Below are positions 21,797-33,221 of a stretch of DNA of 64,000 nt, piece after piece (the first letter of the stretch is position 1; each line of letters starts with the position of its first letter). The position numbers were made by a program, and so were the translations under genes. The notes beneath the pieces are model-generated. The model had not been told where the DNA came from. It searched no databases and worked only from the letters and a program-made list of their open reading frames with translations. Source of the DNA: Scenedesmus sp. PABB004 (taxonomy: Eukaryota); the NCBI GenBank assembly GCA_014905635.1, contig JABVCE010000002.1, forward strand, positions 2,294,001 through 2,358,000, written 5' to 3'.

Positions 21797-23653
21797 ATGG
21801 ACTTCTCGGAGGCCTACAAGTGCAGCACGAGCAGCAGCGCCGGGCCGGGCGCGCCGGGCGCGCTCGCGCCGGCGTACTCGCCGTGCGGCCGCCTGCTCGC
21901 CGCGGCGGTCGAGTACCGGCTGGTGGTGCGCGAGGTGGAGAGCCTCAAGGTCGTGGCCATCTTCTCCTGCCTGGACAAGATCCACCGCCTCGAGTGGAGC
22001 CCGAGCGGGCGCCACGTGCTCGCCGCGCTGCACAGCCGCGGCGTCGTGCAGGTCTGGGCGCCGGACGACCCCGAGTGGGCCGCCAAGATCGACGAGGGCC
22101 CCGCCGGCGTCCGCTCCGCGCGCTGGACGCCCGACGGGCTCAGCCTGCTGCTCGTGGCTGACTTCTGCGTGCGCATGACGGCGTGGAGCCTCGCCGACCG
22201 CTCCTGCGCGCACCTCGGCGGCCCCAAGCACGCGAGCCGCGGCGTCGCCTTCTCGCCGCGCGGCGACCAGCTCGCGGTCCTCGAGGTGCGCGTGCGCGCG
22301 CGGCCGCGTCGCGGCGGCGGCGGCGGGCCCGCGGCGCCGCACCGGTGGTGGCAGGCCCCGCGGACGAGGGCTCGCGCAGCGCGCGCTCTGACGGCCCTCG
22401 CGCCGGGGCGCCGCGCCCGCCCGCAGCGCAAGGACTGCAAGGACTGGCTGGCCCTCTACAGCACGGCCGCGGGCTGGCCGCTGCAGGCGCGCGTCGCGCT
22501 GGGCACGCTCGACGCCGCCGACCTCGCGTGGAGCCCCGACGGCGCCAAGCTCGCGGTGTGGGACAGCCCGCTCGCGTACCGCGTCGCCGTGCACGCGTCC
22601 GACGGCGCGCCGCTCGGCACCTACGCGGCGTACGACGACGGCCTCGGCGTGCGCAGCGTCGTGTGGGCCCCCGGCAGCGACCTGCTCGCGGTTGGCTCGT
22701 ACGACCAGGCGCGCCGCGCAGCGCGCGTCGGGGGCCGGCCCGGCGGCGGCGCCGCGCGCCGCGGCGGCGGGCGCGGGCGCGGGTGTGGCGGCCTGACCGC
22801 GCGGCGGCGGCGCCGCCGCCGCGCGCGCAGGTGCTGCGCGTGCTCAACGGCGTGACGTGGGCGCCGCTGCTCGAGTGCCACCACGGCAGCCCCGTCGAGG
22901 AGCCCCGCAGCGTGGCGGTCTACCAGGAGCTGGAGGAGCCGGCGCGCGGCGTGCTGGCGCCGGTGCAGGCGCGCGCGGCGCGGCGCCTGGGGCGCGCGGC
23001 GCCGGCGCGGCGCGCTGTGCGTTGGGCGCGCACCGAGCGCCGCCGGCGGCGCCGCGCGCGTCGTCGCGCAGGTGCAGGGCGGCGCGCCGCCGAAGCGCGA
23101 GACTCGCGCGCGCTACGCTGTCGCGCCGCTGCCCGTGGAGCTCACGAGCGTGGCGCCGGCGGCGGGCAAGCCCAACCCCAAGCTCGGCGTGTGCGCCGCG
23201 GCGTGGAGCCCGGGCAGCGGGCTGCTGGCGAGCGTGAACGAAAACATGCCGCACGCGGTCTGGGTGTGGGACGTCGGCGCCGCCGCGCTCGCGGCAGTGC
23301 TGGTGCACCTCGCGCCCGTGCGCGGCCTCGCCTGGGCGCCCAGGGGTGCGCGCCGCCGCCGCCGCCGCTGCGCGCGTGGGGCACGCGGCGCGGCGCGCCG
23401 CAGTCCGTCCGAGCCGTGCGCGGCCGCCACAGGCAACCGCGCCCGCCACCTGCCCGCCCGCCGCGCAGGCGAGTCGCTGGCCATCGTGACGGGCGGCGGC
23501 CGCGTGTACGTGTGGAGCGCGGAGGGCGCGAGCGTCGTGCACATCCCGCTCGCCGGCTTTGCCGCAACGGGGCTGGCCTGGTCGCCCGACGGCTCCAACT
23601 TCCTGCTCAGTGACGCCGAGGCCTTCTGCGTCGCGTACGTCGCGCCGAGCTGA
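21797..23653 (+). CDS. WRAP73: WD40 centriolar/ciliogenesis protein WRAP73 (WDR8)
   Basis: MDFSEAYK..YSPCGRLLA..EYRLVVRE..FSCLDKI..EWSP, WAAKIDEGPAG..ARWTPDG, ADFCVRMTAWSL, PKH..GVAFSP, E|RKDCKD, LGVRSVVWAP..LAVGSYDQ, KPNPKLGV, NENMPHAVWVWD. Confidence 0.93.
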
Positions 23654-24587
23654 CCGGGGAGGGCGTGAGGCGCGCGTCCGAGGTTACACGCATGCGCGCG
23701 CGCTCTCCAGCCCTGCCCGCCAGCCGCCGCGCACGGCGGCCAGCCGCGCCGGCGGGTCAGCCGCGCGACAGCGACAACACCGCGCGCGCACGGCAGCCCC
23801 ACAGCGCTCGCTCGCTTGCGCTCCGGCCTGGGCGCGCCCGCCTGCGTGCACCACTCCCTACCTGCGAGTCCTGCGATCGCATGGGGCCAGAAATGCAGTG
23901 CTGTGGGCGTGTTGGGGTCAAGGAGGGGGTTCAAGGAAGAAATTCGAGGGAAGGCCCGTGAGATGGGGCAGAGAGCAAGGGCGCGTGCCGCGCGGGGGAC
24001 ATGCGCTGGAGCTTGAGTTTGAGTTTTGACCAGGGCGTCACTGATCAGCGCCAGCGTCAGCAAGGTCGGCGGCTGCTGCGTCTCTGCATCGGCGCGCACG
24101 AGCGAGCGAGAGAGAGAGAGAGAGAGAGCAATGCCCGCGAGCCATCAAAGCCCTGGCGCACCAGCAGCGAACGAGAGGCCCGGCGCCGATCGTGTTTGGC
24201 GCGCACATGCGTGCGCGTGCCCACAAGGGAGGGTGGCGGCGGGACGCGGCTGCCAGGCGGCTGCCGACGACAGATCATCAACCCAGTGCCCCGGCAGCCT
24301 CGCGAGCGGCGAGTTTGGTGCTGCTGCCACAGGGGTGGCCACGCCACAACAACAAGCGCCGGCGGCGGCAGCGCCCGCCGGTGCGCAGCACGCGCGGCGC
24401 CGCCCACAGAGAGATTCGCGCAGCAGCAGCATTGCATTACCGGCAGCACCAGAGCGCACGCAACGCAGCTAGGCACACGGCGCTCTCTCTCCCCCAACGG
24501 CGCGATTAGGGCGCCGCTCGCCCCGCGCGGCCGGCGCGCGCGCTGCGCCTGCAGCGCGCGCCGGGCCGGCCGGCCCCGGCCCGCGGC

Positions 24588-26859
24588 TCACGCGCTGGCC
24601 GGCTCGGCGTCCACGTCGCCGCCGGCATCGTCGCGGGGCGCGTAGTAGTCGCCGCCGGCGTCGCCCTCGGCCGCCGCCTCAGCCTCGGCCGCGGCCGCGG
24701 CCGCGGCCTCGGCCTCGGCCGCCGCCGCCGCGGCCTTGGCGAGCGACGTGGCGCCGCGCGTGGCGATGAACTTCACAATCTCCTGCCGGTCGACTAGCGG
24801 CTTGCACACACCGCCGCTGCCGTGCTTGAGCACGGCGACCTTGAGGTTTGGCGGCGCGCCCTCGCGCGACTTGAGCCCCTGCGGCCGCGGCGGCCGCGGC
24901 GGCGGCCGCGCCGTCGGCGGACGTGCCCCGCGGCGCCGCGGCGCGCGGCCCGCAGCGGCGCCGCGCGGCGCGCCGCACCGAGACGTGGGCGTCGCCCTCA
25001 AAGCCGGGCGTGTCGTCCATGTCGGTCAGGAGACCGCCGACCGTGAACACCGCGACGCTGTGCCCCGTGTCGGCGGCAAAGCGGTTGGCCTGCGGCGCGG
25101 CGCAGCGCGCGGGCGTGTGGGCGCGGGCGGGCTGCGGCGGCCGCGCGCGCGCGTGCGGCTGCGCGCGCGCGCACCTCCTCCACGAGCGCCGCAAATCGCT
25201 GCCGCAGCGCGCCCAGGCCCATGCTGCCCTCGTGCGGCAGCTCCTCGTGCTCGGGCGGCTCCACCGGCGCCAGCCGCGCGCGCTTGGCGTCGTACGACTG
25301 CTGCTGCTGCTGCTGCTGCTGCTGCGGCTGGCCCATGCCTCCGCCCATGGGCCCCGGCCCCGCGTCCATGTGCCGCTTCTGGCCGCCGCCCTGGCCGCCG
25401 GCCATGCCGCCGCCGGCCATGCCGCCGCCGGCCATGCCGCCGCCGGCCATGCCGCCGCCGGCCATGCCGCCGCCGGCCATGCCGCCGCCGGCCATGCCGC
25501 CGCCGGCCATGCCGCCGGGACCCATGACGCGGCCCCCCAACATGTTGCCGCGCTGGCCGCCGCCGCCTGGCGGCGCGCGCAGCTCCTGCTGCCTGCGGGC
25601 GCGGGCGGCCGGGGCGGTGGTGAGCGTTCGCGCCCGCGCTCGCGCCCGCGCGCGCGGCCCGCGCGCACCCGTGCGCAAAGGTGCAGTTCGTGCCGTAGCG
25701 GCACTGCCCCTCGGCCATGAACTGCTCACACAGCCGCGTGCGCCAGGCGGCCTTGTCGCCGCCCATGCCGCCGCCGCCGCCGCCCATGCCGCCGCCGGCC
25801 ATCATGCCGCCACCGCCACCGGGCACCGTGCCGCCACCGCCACCACCGCCCATGCCGCCCTGCTGCCGCATGCCGCCGCCGCCGCCGCCGCCGGCGCCGC
25901 TCAGGATGGCGGTGCCGTGCGGCGTCATGATGCGGCCGCGCGGCGGGCCGCCGCCCCGCGCCGCCGGGGCCTGGGCGCAGGTCGCTCTCGCCGTGCGCGT
26001 ACTTGCAGGTCGGGCCGTAGTTGCACTTGCCCTCCATGAACCTGCAGCACAGGCGGCGGGCGGGCGCGGGCGGGCGGCGGGCGGAGCCGGCGGGCGGGCG
26101 TGAGGCGGCGCGGCGGGCATGAGGCGGCGCGGCGGGCGTGAGGCGGCGCGGCGGGCGTGAGGCGGCGCGGCGGGCGTGGGGCGCGGCGCGGCAGCGCGCG
26201 CGCCCGGGCCGCTGGGCGTGGCGGCTGGCGCTGCGGGGCGGCGCCGCACCGGTGGCAGATCTTGGTCTTGTAGAAGCGCGAGTCCGCGGGGTCGCCGGAC
26301 ATGCCGCCGCCCCCGCCGGGCATGCCGCCGCCGCCGGGCATGCCGCCGCCCATGCCGCCGCCGCCCATGCCGCCGCCGCCGCCCATGCCGCCCCCGCCGC
26401 CCATGCCGCCGCCACCCATGCCGCCCCCGCCGCCCATGCCGCCGCCGGGCATGCCGCCGCCGGGCATGCCGCCGCCCATGCCACCGCCGGGCATGCCGCC
26501 GCCGCCCATGCCGCCGGGCATCATCATCCCGGGCATGCCCATCGCCCCGGGCATTCCCATCATGGCGGGCATCTGCGGGCGTGGGCGGCGCGGCGTGTGA
26601 AGCGGCAGGGCAGCGCCGCCCGCCGGCGCCGCCGCTGCCGCTGCTGCTGCTGGCGCCCGCCGCCGCCCGCCGCCGCGCCGGGCCTCCGCGCCGCCCCCCG
26701 TGGCCGCACCATCATGTTCATTGCGTCGGCGCCCATGCCGCCGGGCATCATGCCCGGGTTCATCATCATCGAGGCCATGGGCATCGAGCCCATCGGCATG
26801 CCGCCCATCGACCCCATCCCCATGCCGCCGCCCATGCCGCCCATGCCCTGCTGGTTCAT
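24588..26859 (-). CDS. Tandem CCCH zinc-finger RNA-binding protein with Gly/Met-rich low-complexity regions
   Basis: YKTKICHR|FMEGKCNYGPTCKYAHG and WRTRLCEQFMAEGQCRYGTNCTFAHG. GGM-rich repeats, and a C-terminal domain ending in ORF 24588. Confidence 0.88.
25401..25517. repeat. Coding 15-bp tandem repeat (GCCATGCCGCCGCCG) x~8 encoding (GGGMA)n
   Basis: Perfect 15-bp periodicity visible in the sequence. Confidence 0.95.
26098..26178. repeat. Intronic 19-bp tandem repeat (GCGTGAGGCGGCGCGGCGG) x4
   Basis: Units start at 26098, 26117 (one mismatch), 26136 and 26155, in the intron that splits CCCH finger 1. Confidence 0.9.
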
Positions 26860-27172
26860 GGCGCCCGCTCGCCCCCGGCGGGCGGCGCGGCGCGGAGAGG
26901 GCGCGCTGGCTCGGCTGTTGCTGCCGACCGCGGCTGCGCGAATGGGCGCGCCTCTGCTCAAGGTCCCGGCGAGTGGGCGTGTGTCCGCTCACGGACGCGG
27001 CAGACTGGCGCGGCGGGAGGGGGCGCGCGGGCAGGCGAGCGAGCGCGGCGGCACAGCGTGTTGCACCGCGGCAGCGGCGCGGCGCGGCGCTTTTGCCGAC
27101 GACCGCCGTCAGCTGCGGCTGGCCGCGCCGCCGCCGCCGCCGCCGGTCGGGCCACCGCCGCCGCCCGCGCCG

Positions 27173-27952
27173 TCACCTGCGGGCGTCGGCTGGGGGCGCG
27201 TGAGTGCGCGCACACGCGCGCCGCCGGTCGCCGCTGGCTGCTCGCCCGCTCCGCGCCGCCACCGCGGGCGCCGCCCGCGCCCGCGCCCCACGCCGCACTT
27301 TTCTGCTGCTGCTGCGGCTACTGCTGCGGCTGCCCCCGCCACCAGCGCCGCCACCAGCCGTCGCCGCCGCCGCGTGGGCCGCCGGCGTCGCCGCCGCCGC
27401 GCGCGTGCGGCTGCTGGCAGGGCTCGCAGCCCCCGCCGCCGCCGCCGCTCCGCCCCCGGCGCCGCCGCGCGCGGGCTGCCGCTGCCGCTGCTGCTGGAGC
27501 AGCTGCTGCTGCTCCTGCTCGCGGTGCTCCGGCAGCAGGCTGCGCGGCGCGACGAGCCCGCCCTCGGCCGGGACCATCGCCTGGCAGGAGATGAGCGCCC
27601 AGGCGCCCGGCCCCAGCGCGTGGTAGAGCAGGTTGGAGCGGTAGCCCGGCCGCCGCCCCGCCTTGACCGACACGTCCGTCACGCCGCGCGGGCCGCGCAC
27701 CTGGAACGTCGCGTGCGCGACGCGGTCGCGGTGGCTGAACGCCAGCGTCGCGTCCCACCACGGCCCGCTCGACGCGGGCGCGCCGAGCAGGGCGGCGAGC
27801 GCCGCGTCCTGCGCCACGAGCGCCATCGCCTGGCCGTGCAGCGCGCGGTAGACGGCGAGGTCGGCCGCCGTGTCGCCGGCCACGTACAGCGCGCCCCCCA
27901 GCGCCACGCCCGTGAGGCCGCTGCGCAGCAGGGCGCCCGCGCGGGAGGCCAT
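27173..27952 (-). CDS. COA1/Tim21-like mitochondrial inner-membrane assembly factor (3' end uncertain)
   Basis: N-terminal hydrophobic segment, then AMALVAQDAALAALLGAP..GPWWDATLAFSH..AHATFQVRGPRG..V.VKA, resembling the plant COA1-like domain. Confidence 0.65.
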   Translation of the reverse strand: MASRAGALLRSGLTGVALGGALYVAGDTAADLAVYRALHGQAMALVAQDAALAALLGAPASSGPWWDATLAFSHRDRVAHATFQVRGPRGVTDVSVKAGRRPGYRSNLLYHALGPGAWALISCQAMVPAEGGLVAPRSLLPEHREQEQQQLLQQQRQRQPARGGAGGGAAAAAGAASPASSRTRAAAATPAAHAAAATAGGGAGGGGSRSSSRSSSRKVRRGARARAAPAVAARSGRAASGDRRRACARTHAPPADARR

Positions 27953-28647
27953 GGCGGCCGCGCGCGATCGGGTGGACGCGCCGCCGCCGCCGCCGCCCGT
28001 CGCCGCTGCTGTGCCGCCGCTGCTGGCGCGGGGCGGCGAGGGCGCGAGGCGCAGGGTGCAGGGCGCGGCGCCGAGCGTGATGGACGGGGCGGCCGGGCAA
28101 TGAGCGCGGCGGCGGGCTCGCGGCGGGCTGGGCGGCGTCGCTCCCGGCGGCGCTTTTGGCGCGCGCAACGCCCGGCGCGTCGCGTCCACCACGACAGACC
28201 GCCGCGCCCGCCACGCGCGCCTCGCGCCGCACGGCGCCCGCCGCGAGCGGTTGCCGCCGCCGGCGGAGCAGCGCGCGCGCCCGCGCTTGCCTTTCTCAGC
28301 GAGCGCCCGGGCGAGCGAGTTCGTGCCGACCAGCGCGCGCGGTGAGCCTGTGGCGGAGACGCGCGGGCCGCTCGGCGCCGCGCGCGGCCGGCGGTGCACG
28401 CTCGGACGCCTCCGCGCGGCCGCGAGGCGCGGCGCGCAGCCCGCCACGGCCGTCAGCAGCCGAGCCCCGTGGCTCTGGACGGTCGCTGGGGCCGCACACC
28501 CCGCGGCGCCGACAACCCCACCCGCGCGCTGCCGCCGCGGCAGGCGCGCGCGCGCCCACCGCCCAACGCCCTTTCTCGCAGCGCGCCGACGCCGGCCGCG
28601 CCGCCGCCGCCGCAGGCCCCGGCTCGCGCGCCGCCGCCAGCGGTGGC

Positions 28648-30031
28648 ATGGACCGCAGCGCCGCGGTGCGCGCCGGCAGCTCCTGCCTGAGCGGCGAGCA
28701 CAGCGCGCTCGTCGTGGCGCGCGCGCCGAGCTGCTGGCCGGCGGCGCCCGACGGGCTCCTGCTGTGGCAGCTGGACCTGGCAGGCAGCCAGGCGAGCGCC
28801 GGCGGCCCGCTGCTCGAGTTTGTGAGGCCCGACGACGACGGCGAAGTCTACGGCGGCCCGCCAAGCAGCGGCGGCGCTGCAGCGGCAGCACCCGCCACCT
28901 TCCTGTCGGTGCGCCGCCGCGGTCCGCGACGCGCGCCAGCAGCCCGCCGTGCCGCGCGCTCGCGGCTCGCGCGCGGCAGCCGACGCCCGCGCCGCCGCGC
29001 CGCTCGCAGCCGCCCGAGGCCGACGCGGCGCCGACGCCCGCCGGCGCGGCCGTCGGCGCCGCCGCCGGTGGCGGGGAGCGGGAGGCGCCGCTGAGCGCCG
29101 AGGTCGAGGCGTCGGGGCCCTGCAGCTGCGCGGGCGGCGCAGCGCACCCTGGGGCCGCGTGGGAGCTCAACCACGCGCTCGGGCTGCGTGCCGGCGTGGG
29201 GGTGAGCCCTGAGGCGGGCCCGCCGGCGGTCGCGCGCCAGCGCCGCGCCGTCTGGCGCTGCCTCTGCGTGGCGGCCGCGCTCAACGTGCTGGCGGCGGCG
29301 CTGCAGGTGCGGCCGGTTGGAGGGGAGGGGGGGGGGGGGGGGCGGACGGCGCGCGCGCGGCGTGGAGCCGAGCCACGCGCCCTTGCTGCCCTGGCAGGCG
29401 AGTCTCGCGGCGCGCGCTGCGGGCGACGCGGGCGCCGGCGCTGCACCGGAGCTGGGGGACGCCCAGCTCGCCGAGGCGCTACGCGCCGTCGTGCAGATCG
29501 TGCGCACCTGGGGCCCGCGCGCTGCGTGCCTGGCGGCGCCCCCGCGCGCGCGGCCAGCCAGCGCCGGCCGGCCAGCGCCGCCGCCGCCCGCGGCCGTCCG
29601 GCCCCGACCCCCGACCCCCGGCGCCGCAGTCCGGCCTCGATGCAGAGACTGCCGCCGCTGTGGAGCTGCCGGCGGCGTGCGCCGCGCCAGAGGTCGTGCC
29701 GACGGGCGAGCCGTCGGTCGACGCGGCGGCGGCCGGCGTCGCCGCCGCGCTGGCGCGCTGCTGCCCGCGGTGCCGCGGCGACGCGCTGCTGCTCTCGCTG
29801 CGCGCGATCCACTGCGCTGCCGCGTGGACGGGCACGCAGGTGCGGCGAGCGGTTGAGCGGGCAGCTGCTGCCGGGGCCGCGCGGCGCCGCACGGCCTTGC
29901 GGCGACGCGCGCGCGCCCACCCTGCCTGCACCGCCGCCGCCGCCCACGCGCTGCGCAGCCCGCTCACACGCCGCTGCTCGGCGAGGCCGCCGTTGCGCCG
30001 CTGGTCGGAGACGCGCTACGCGCCGCGCTGA
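28648..30031 (+). CDS. Hypothetical protein, multi-exon, exon structure unresolved
   Basis: Protein-like segments LLLWQLDLAG..LLEFVRPDDDGEVYG, AWELNHALGL..VWRCLCVAAALNVLAAALQ|gt and LAEALRAVVQIVRTW. No family recognised. Confidence 0.45.
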
Positions 30032-30606
30032 GCCAGGCGGCGGCACTGGCGGCGGCGCTCGCGGGGCGGCTGCCGGTAGGCTGACGCGCGGCGGCCCGCG
30101 CGCCCCGGGGCGCCAGACGCGCGCGCGACCTGGTGCGGGCGCGGACCTGGGCTGCTGTGCTGTGGTGCTGCCCTGGGCGGGGCGGGGCAGAGGAAAACGT
30201 TGCCCCGCACTCGTCGGCGGCGACCGCCACCTCACGCTCGCGCCCGGGCGTGGGCCGCCGCGGCCTCGGTTGAGGCGGCGTCGGCTCCCGCGCGGCGCTC
30301 TCTCTCTCTCTCTCTCTCTCTCGTCGCACACGCAGCACGCTCGCCAGCCTCGACCCCTGGGAAACCCCTGGAAAAACGTGGCAACCCCGCAGGGAAAGCA
30401 ACTCGCCGCACGCGCCGCGCGCGCGGCAGCGCGGGCAGGGGCCCGCCGCGCCGCCCGCGCCCGGGCGCCTCGGCCGTCCACTTATTTCCCCAAACGCCCG
30501 CAGCACAGCACACAACCACCCACCGGCCGCGGCGGCGCGGGCGGGGCACACAGGCTCACAAATCAAAAGCCGCGCTCACACGGCGCGCTAGCTAATGGAC
30601 CCGCGC

Positions 30607-33188
30607 TCACACCAGCTCCAGCACCTGCATGTGCCCTGCCGAGTTGGCGGCGACGATCGTGCCCGCGCGCCGGTTCCACGCCACGCTCGACACAAACACG
30701 TCCTGCCCGCCGCCGCCCGGCGCGCCGCCGGCGCCGGCGCCCTCGAGCTCGCCGAGGCCCGCGCCGCTGCCGCGGTAGCCCCAGCCGCCGCCGCGCGGCG
30801 CCGGCGCGGCGCCGCCGCCGCCGGCGCGGCGGCCGCCCGCAAAGTGGTGCGCCGCGATGGGCACGGGCACGGACGAGTGGTAGGCGTAGACCTCGTTGGT
30901 CTCCGAGCCGCACACGATGTAGCCGCCGCCCTCGCCGCCCGCGCCGGCGCCGCCGTCGCCCGGCGCGCCGGGGAGCACGGCGAGGCCGATGAAGTTGCGC
31001 TCGTTGGTGTGGCCCCCGTACGTGCCGAGGCACGCGGCGGCGGCGGCCGCCGCCGCCTCGCGCGGCGGCGCGCCGCCCGCCGCGGACGCGCCCGCCGCGG
31101 CGAGCCCCGGCACCGACCAGAGGCGCAGGCTCGAGTCGGTGCTCGCGGTGACGAGGCGCTCGCCGCCGAGCCAGCGCACGTACGAGACGGCCTTCTTGTG
31201 CCCCGGCACCGCCGCGAGCGGCGCCGAAGTGTTGCGCAGGTCCCACAGGTAGGTCCGATAGTTGGCGCACCCCGCGGCGAGGAGGTGCGGGTTGGTCGGG
31301 CTGAACGCGACGCTGCAGACGTTGGCGTGCAGCCCGAGCGTCGCCGCGCTCGCCTCCTGGTGGATGCTCCAGAGCTTGACCGTGCCGTCGTCGCTGCAGG
31401 ACACGAGGCGCGTCGGCTCGAGGCGGCTGAAGTCGACCGCCCACGCGCGCTTGCCGTGCTCCTCAAACGTGAGCAGCTCGCCGCCGCTGTTGGCGTCCCA
31501 CAGCGCGACGACGCCCTCGTGGTCGGCGCTCGCGAGGTGGGCCTTGACGTACCCGCTCCACGCGACGCAGCTCAGCCGGCTGCGGCTGCTCAGCTCCAGC
31601 ACCGGATACACGACGCCGTCCACGCCGCCCCGCCCGCCGCCGCCGCGCCGCGCCGCCGCCGCCGCCGGGGCTGCCCAGCCCGCCGCCGGCGCCGGCGCCG
31701 GCGAACGCGCAGAGCCCCGCGCGGCCGGTCGTGCAGCCGTCGCCGCCGCAGGCGCCGCTCGTAATCGCGGCGTACTCGTAGATGCGGATGCGCTTGCTCA
31801 CGCCCGCGGTCGCGACGTACTCGTCGTCGCGGTCAAACGCGGCCGCGCAGACCATCGCGCTGCCGCCGCCGAGCACGTCGGCCGCCGCGCGCACCGTGCC
31901 GCGCAGCGCGAGCGAGCTGAAGCGCGCGTACGACCACAGGTCCTCGCCAAAGCCCGACAGGTGCGCCGGCAGCTCGCTGCCGCACGACGCGCCGCCGCCG
32001 GCCGCGTCGGGCGCCGCGCCGCGCGCCGCGGCGCGGGGGGGCTGCTCCTCCCGCGCCGCCTCGGCGCGCTGCTGGCGCTGCAGGTACACGCGCTCCAGCA
32101 CGCCGAAGCGGTCCGCCACGGCGTCCCACTTGGCCGCGACGCCCGGCGGCGGCGCTGGTGCGCCGCCGGCCGCGTCGCCCGCGCGCGCCGGCGCGGCGTC
32201 CGCCTGCGCGTACGCGGCGGCGGCCTCGGGCGCGAGCCGGCGCCGCTTGCCCCTGCCGCGCTCGCGCCGGTCCATCTCGTCCTCCGACTCATCCTCCTCC
32301 TCGCGCTCCGCCATGTCGGCGTCCCGGCCGCGTACCGCGCCCGCCGGCGCCGGCGGCGCCGGCGCCGCGGGCGGCGCGGCCGCGCCGTCCTGCTGCAGCT
32401 GCAGCGCCGCGACGCCGCGCAGCGCGGCCGACACCGCCGCGATCTGGCCGTCCAGCGCGTCCACGCGGGCGCGCACCGCCGCGACCTCGCCGCGCTTGCG
32501 GCCCTGCAGCGTCTGCAGGAAGAAGACAAGGCCGTCCGCGTCGCACCCCGCCTGCGCGGCGTGGCGCTCCGCCAGCACCGAGGCGTAGCCCGCCAGCGGC
32601 TCGCTCGCCAGCAGCGCCGCGAGGCCCGGCCGCGCCGCCGGGTCGGGGTGCAGCAGCGCGCTGATGAGCGCGGCCTCCGCTGGGTGCGCCGCCGCAAAGG
32701 CGCGCGGCAGCACGCGCCCCCGCGCGTCGGCGAGCGCGCGCCAGCGCGCGCCGGGGCCCGCGTCCGCAGGCGGCGCCCAGAGGAGGTCAAAGTAGAGCAG
32801 GCCGAGGCTGAATGCCTCGGCCGGCCCCGGCCCGCCCGGCACCGCCGCCGCGGCGTGGCCGGGCTCCGCCCCCGCGGGCTCCGGCGGCGCGTACGCTGCC
32901 TCCTCCTGCGCGTCCGGCGGCCCCGCGGCCGCGGCCGCCGCCGCGCACGCGCCCGCCAGCGTCACGCGCCCGCTCGCGTGCAGCAGCAGCTTGCTCGGCC
33001 GCACCACGCCCGGCGGCAGCCCCGCGCCGCCCGCCGCGGCCGCGAGGCGCTGCAGCAGCAGCAGCACCTCGCAGAACAGCCAGGTCGACTCCTGCGGCTT
33101 GACACTCCGCTTGGGCCGCGCCAGCCACTGCGCCAGCACAACCGCCGGGCGCTGCGGCGCCGCTGGCGCAGCTGCTGGTGCCGCGCCG

Positions 33189-33221
<33 letters not shown>

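Noticed and set aside
25401..26178. Tandem repeats as a CRISPR-like array
   Set aside because: No unique spacers. One is a coding repeat, the other intronic, and the context is eukaryotic.
27173..30992. Very long ORFs (1102 aa, 913 aa) and similar Arg/Ala/Pro-rich ORFs throughout, including 53308-57555
   Set aside because: Stop codons are rare at this GC content. These ORFs read through introns and antisense frames, and only short segments match real exons.
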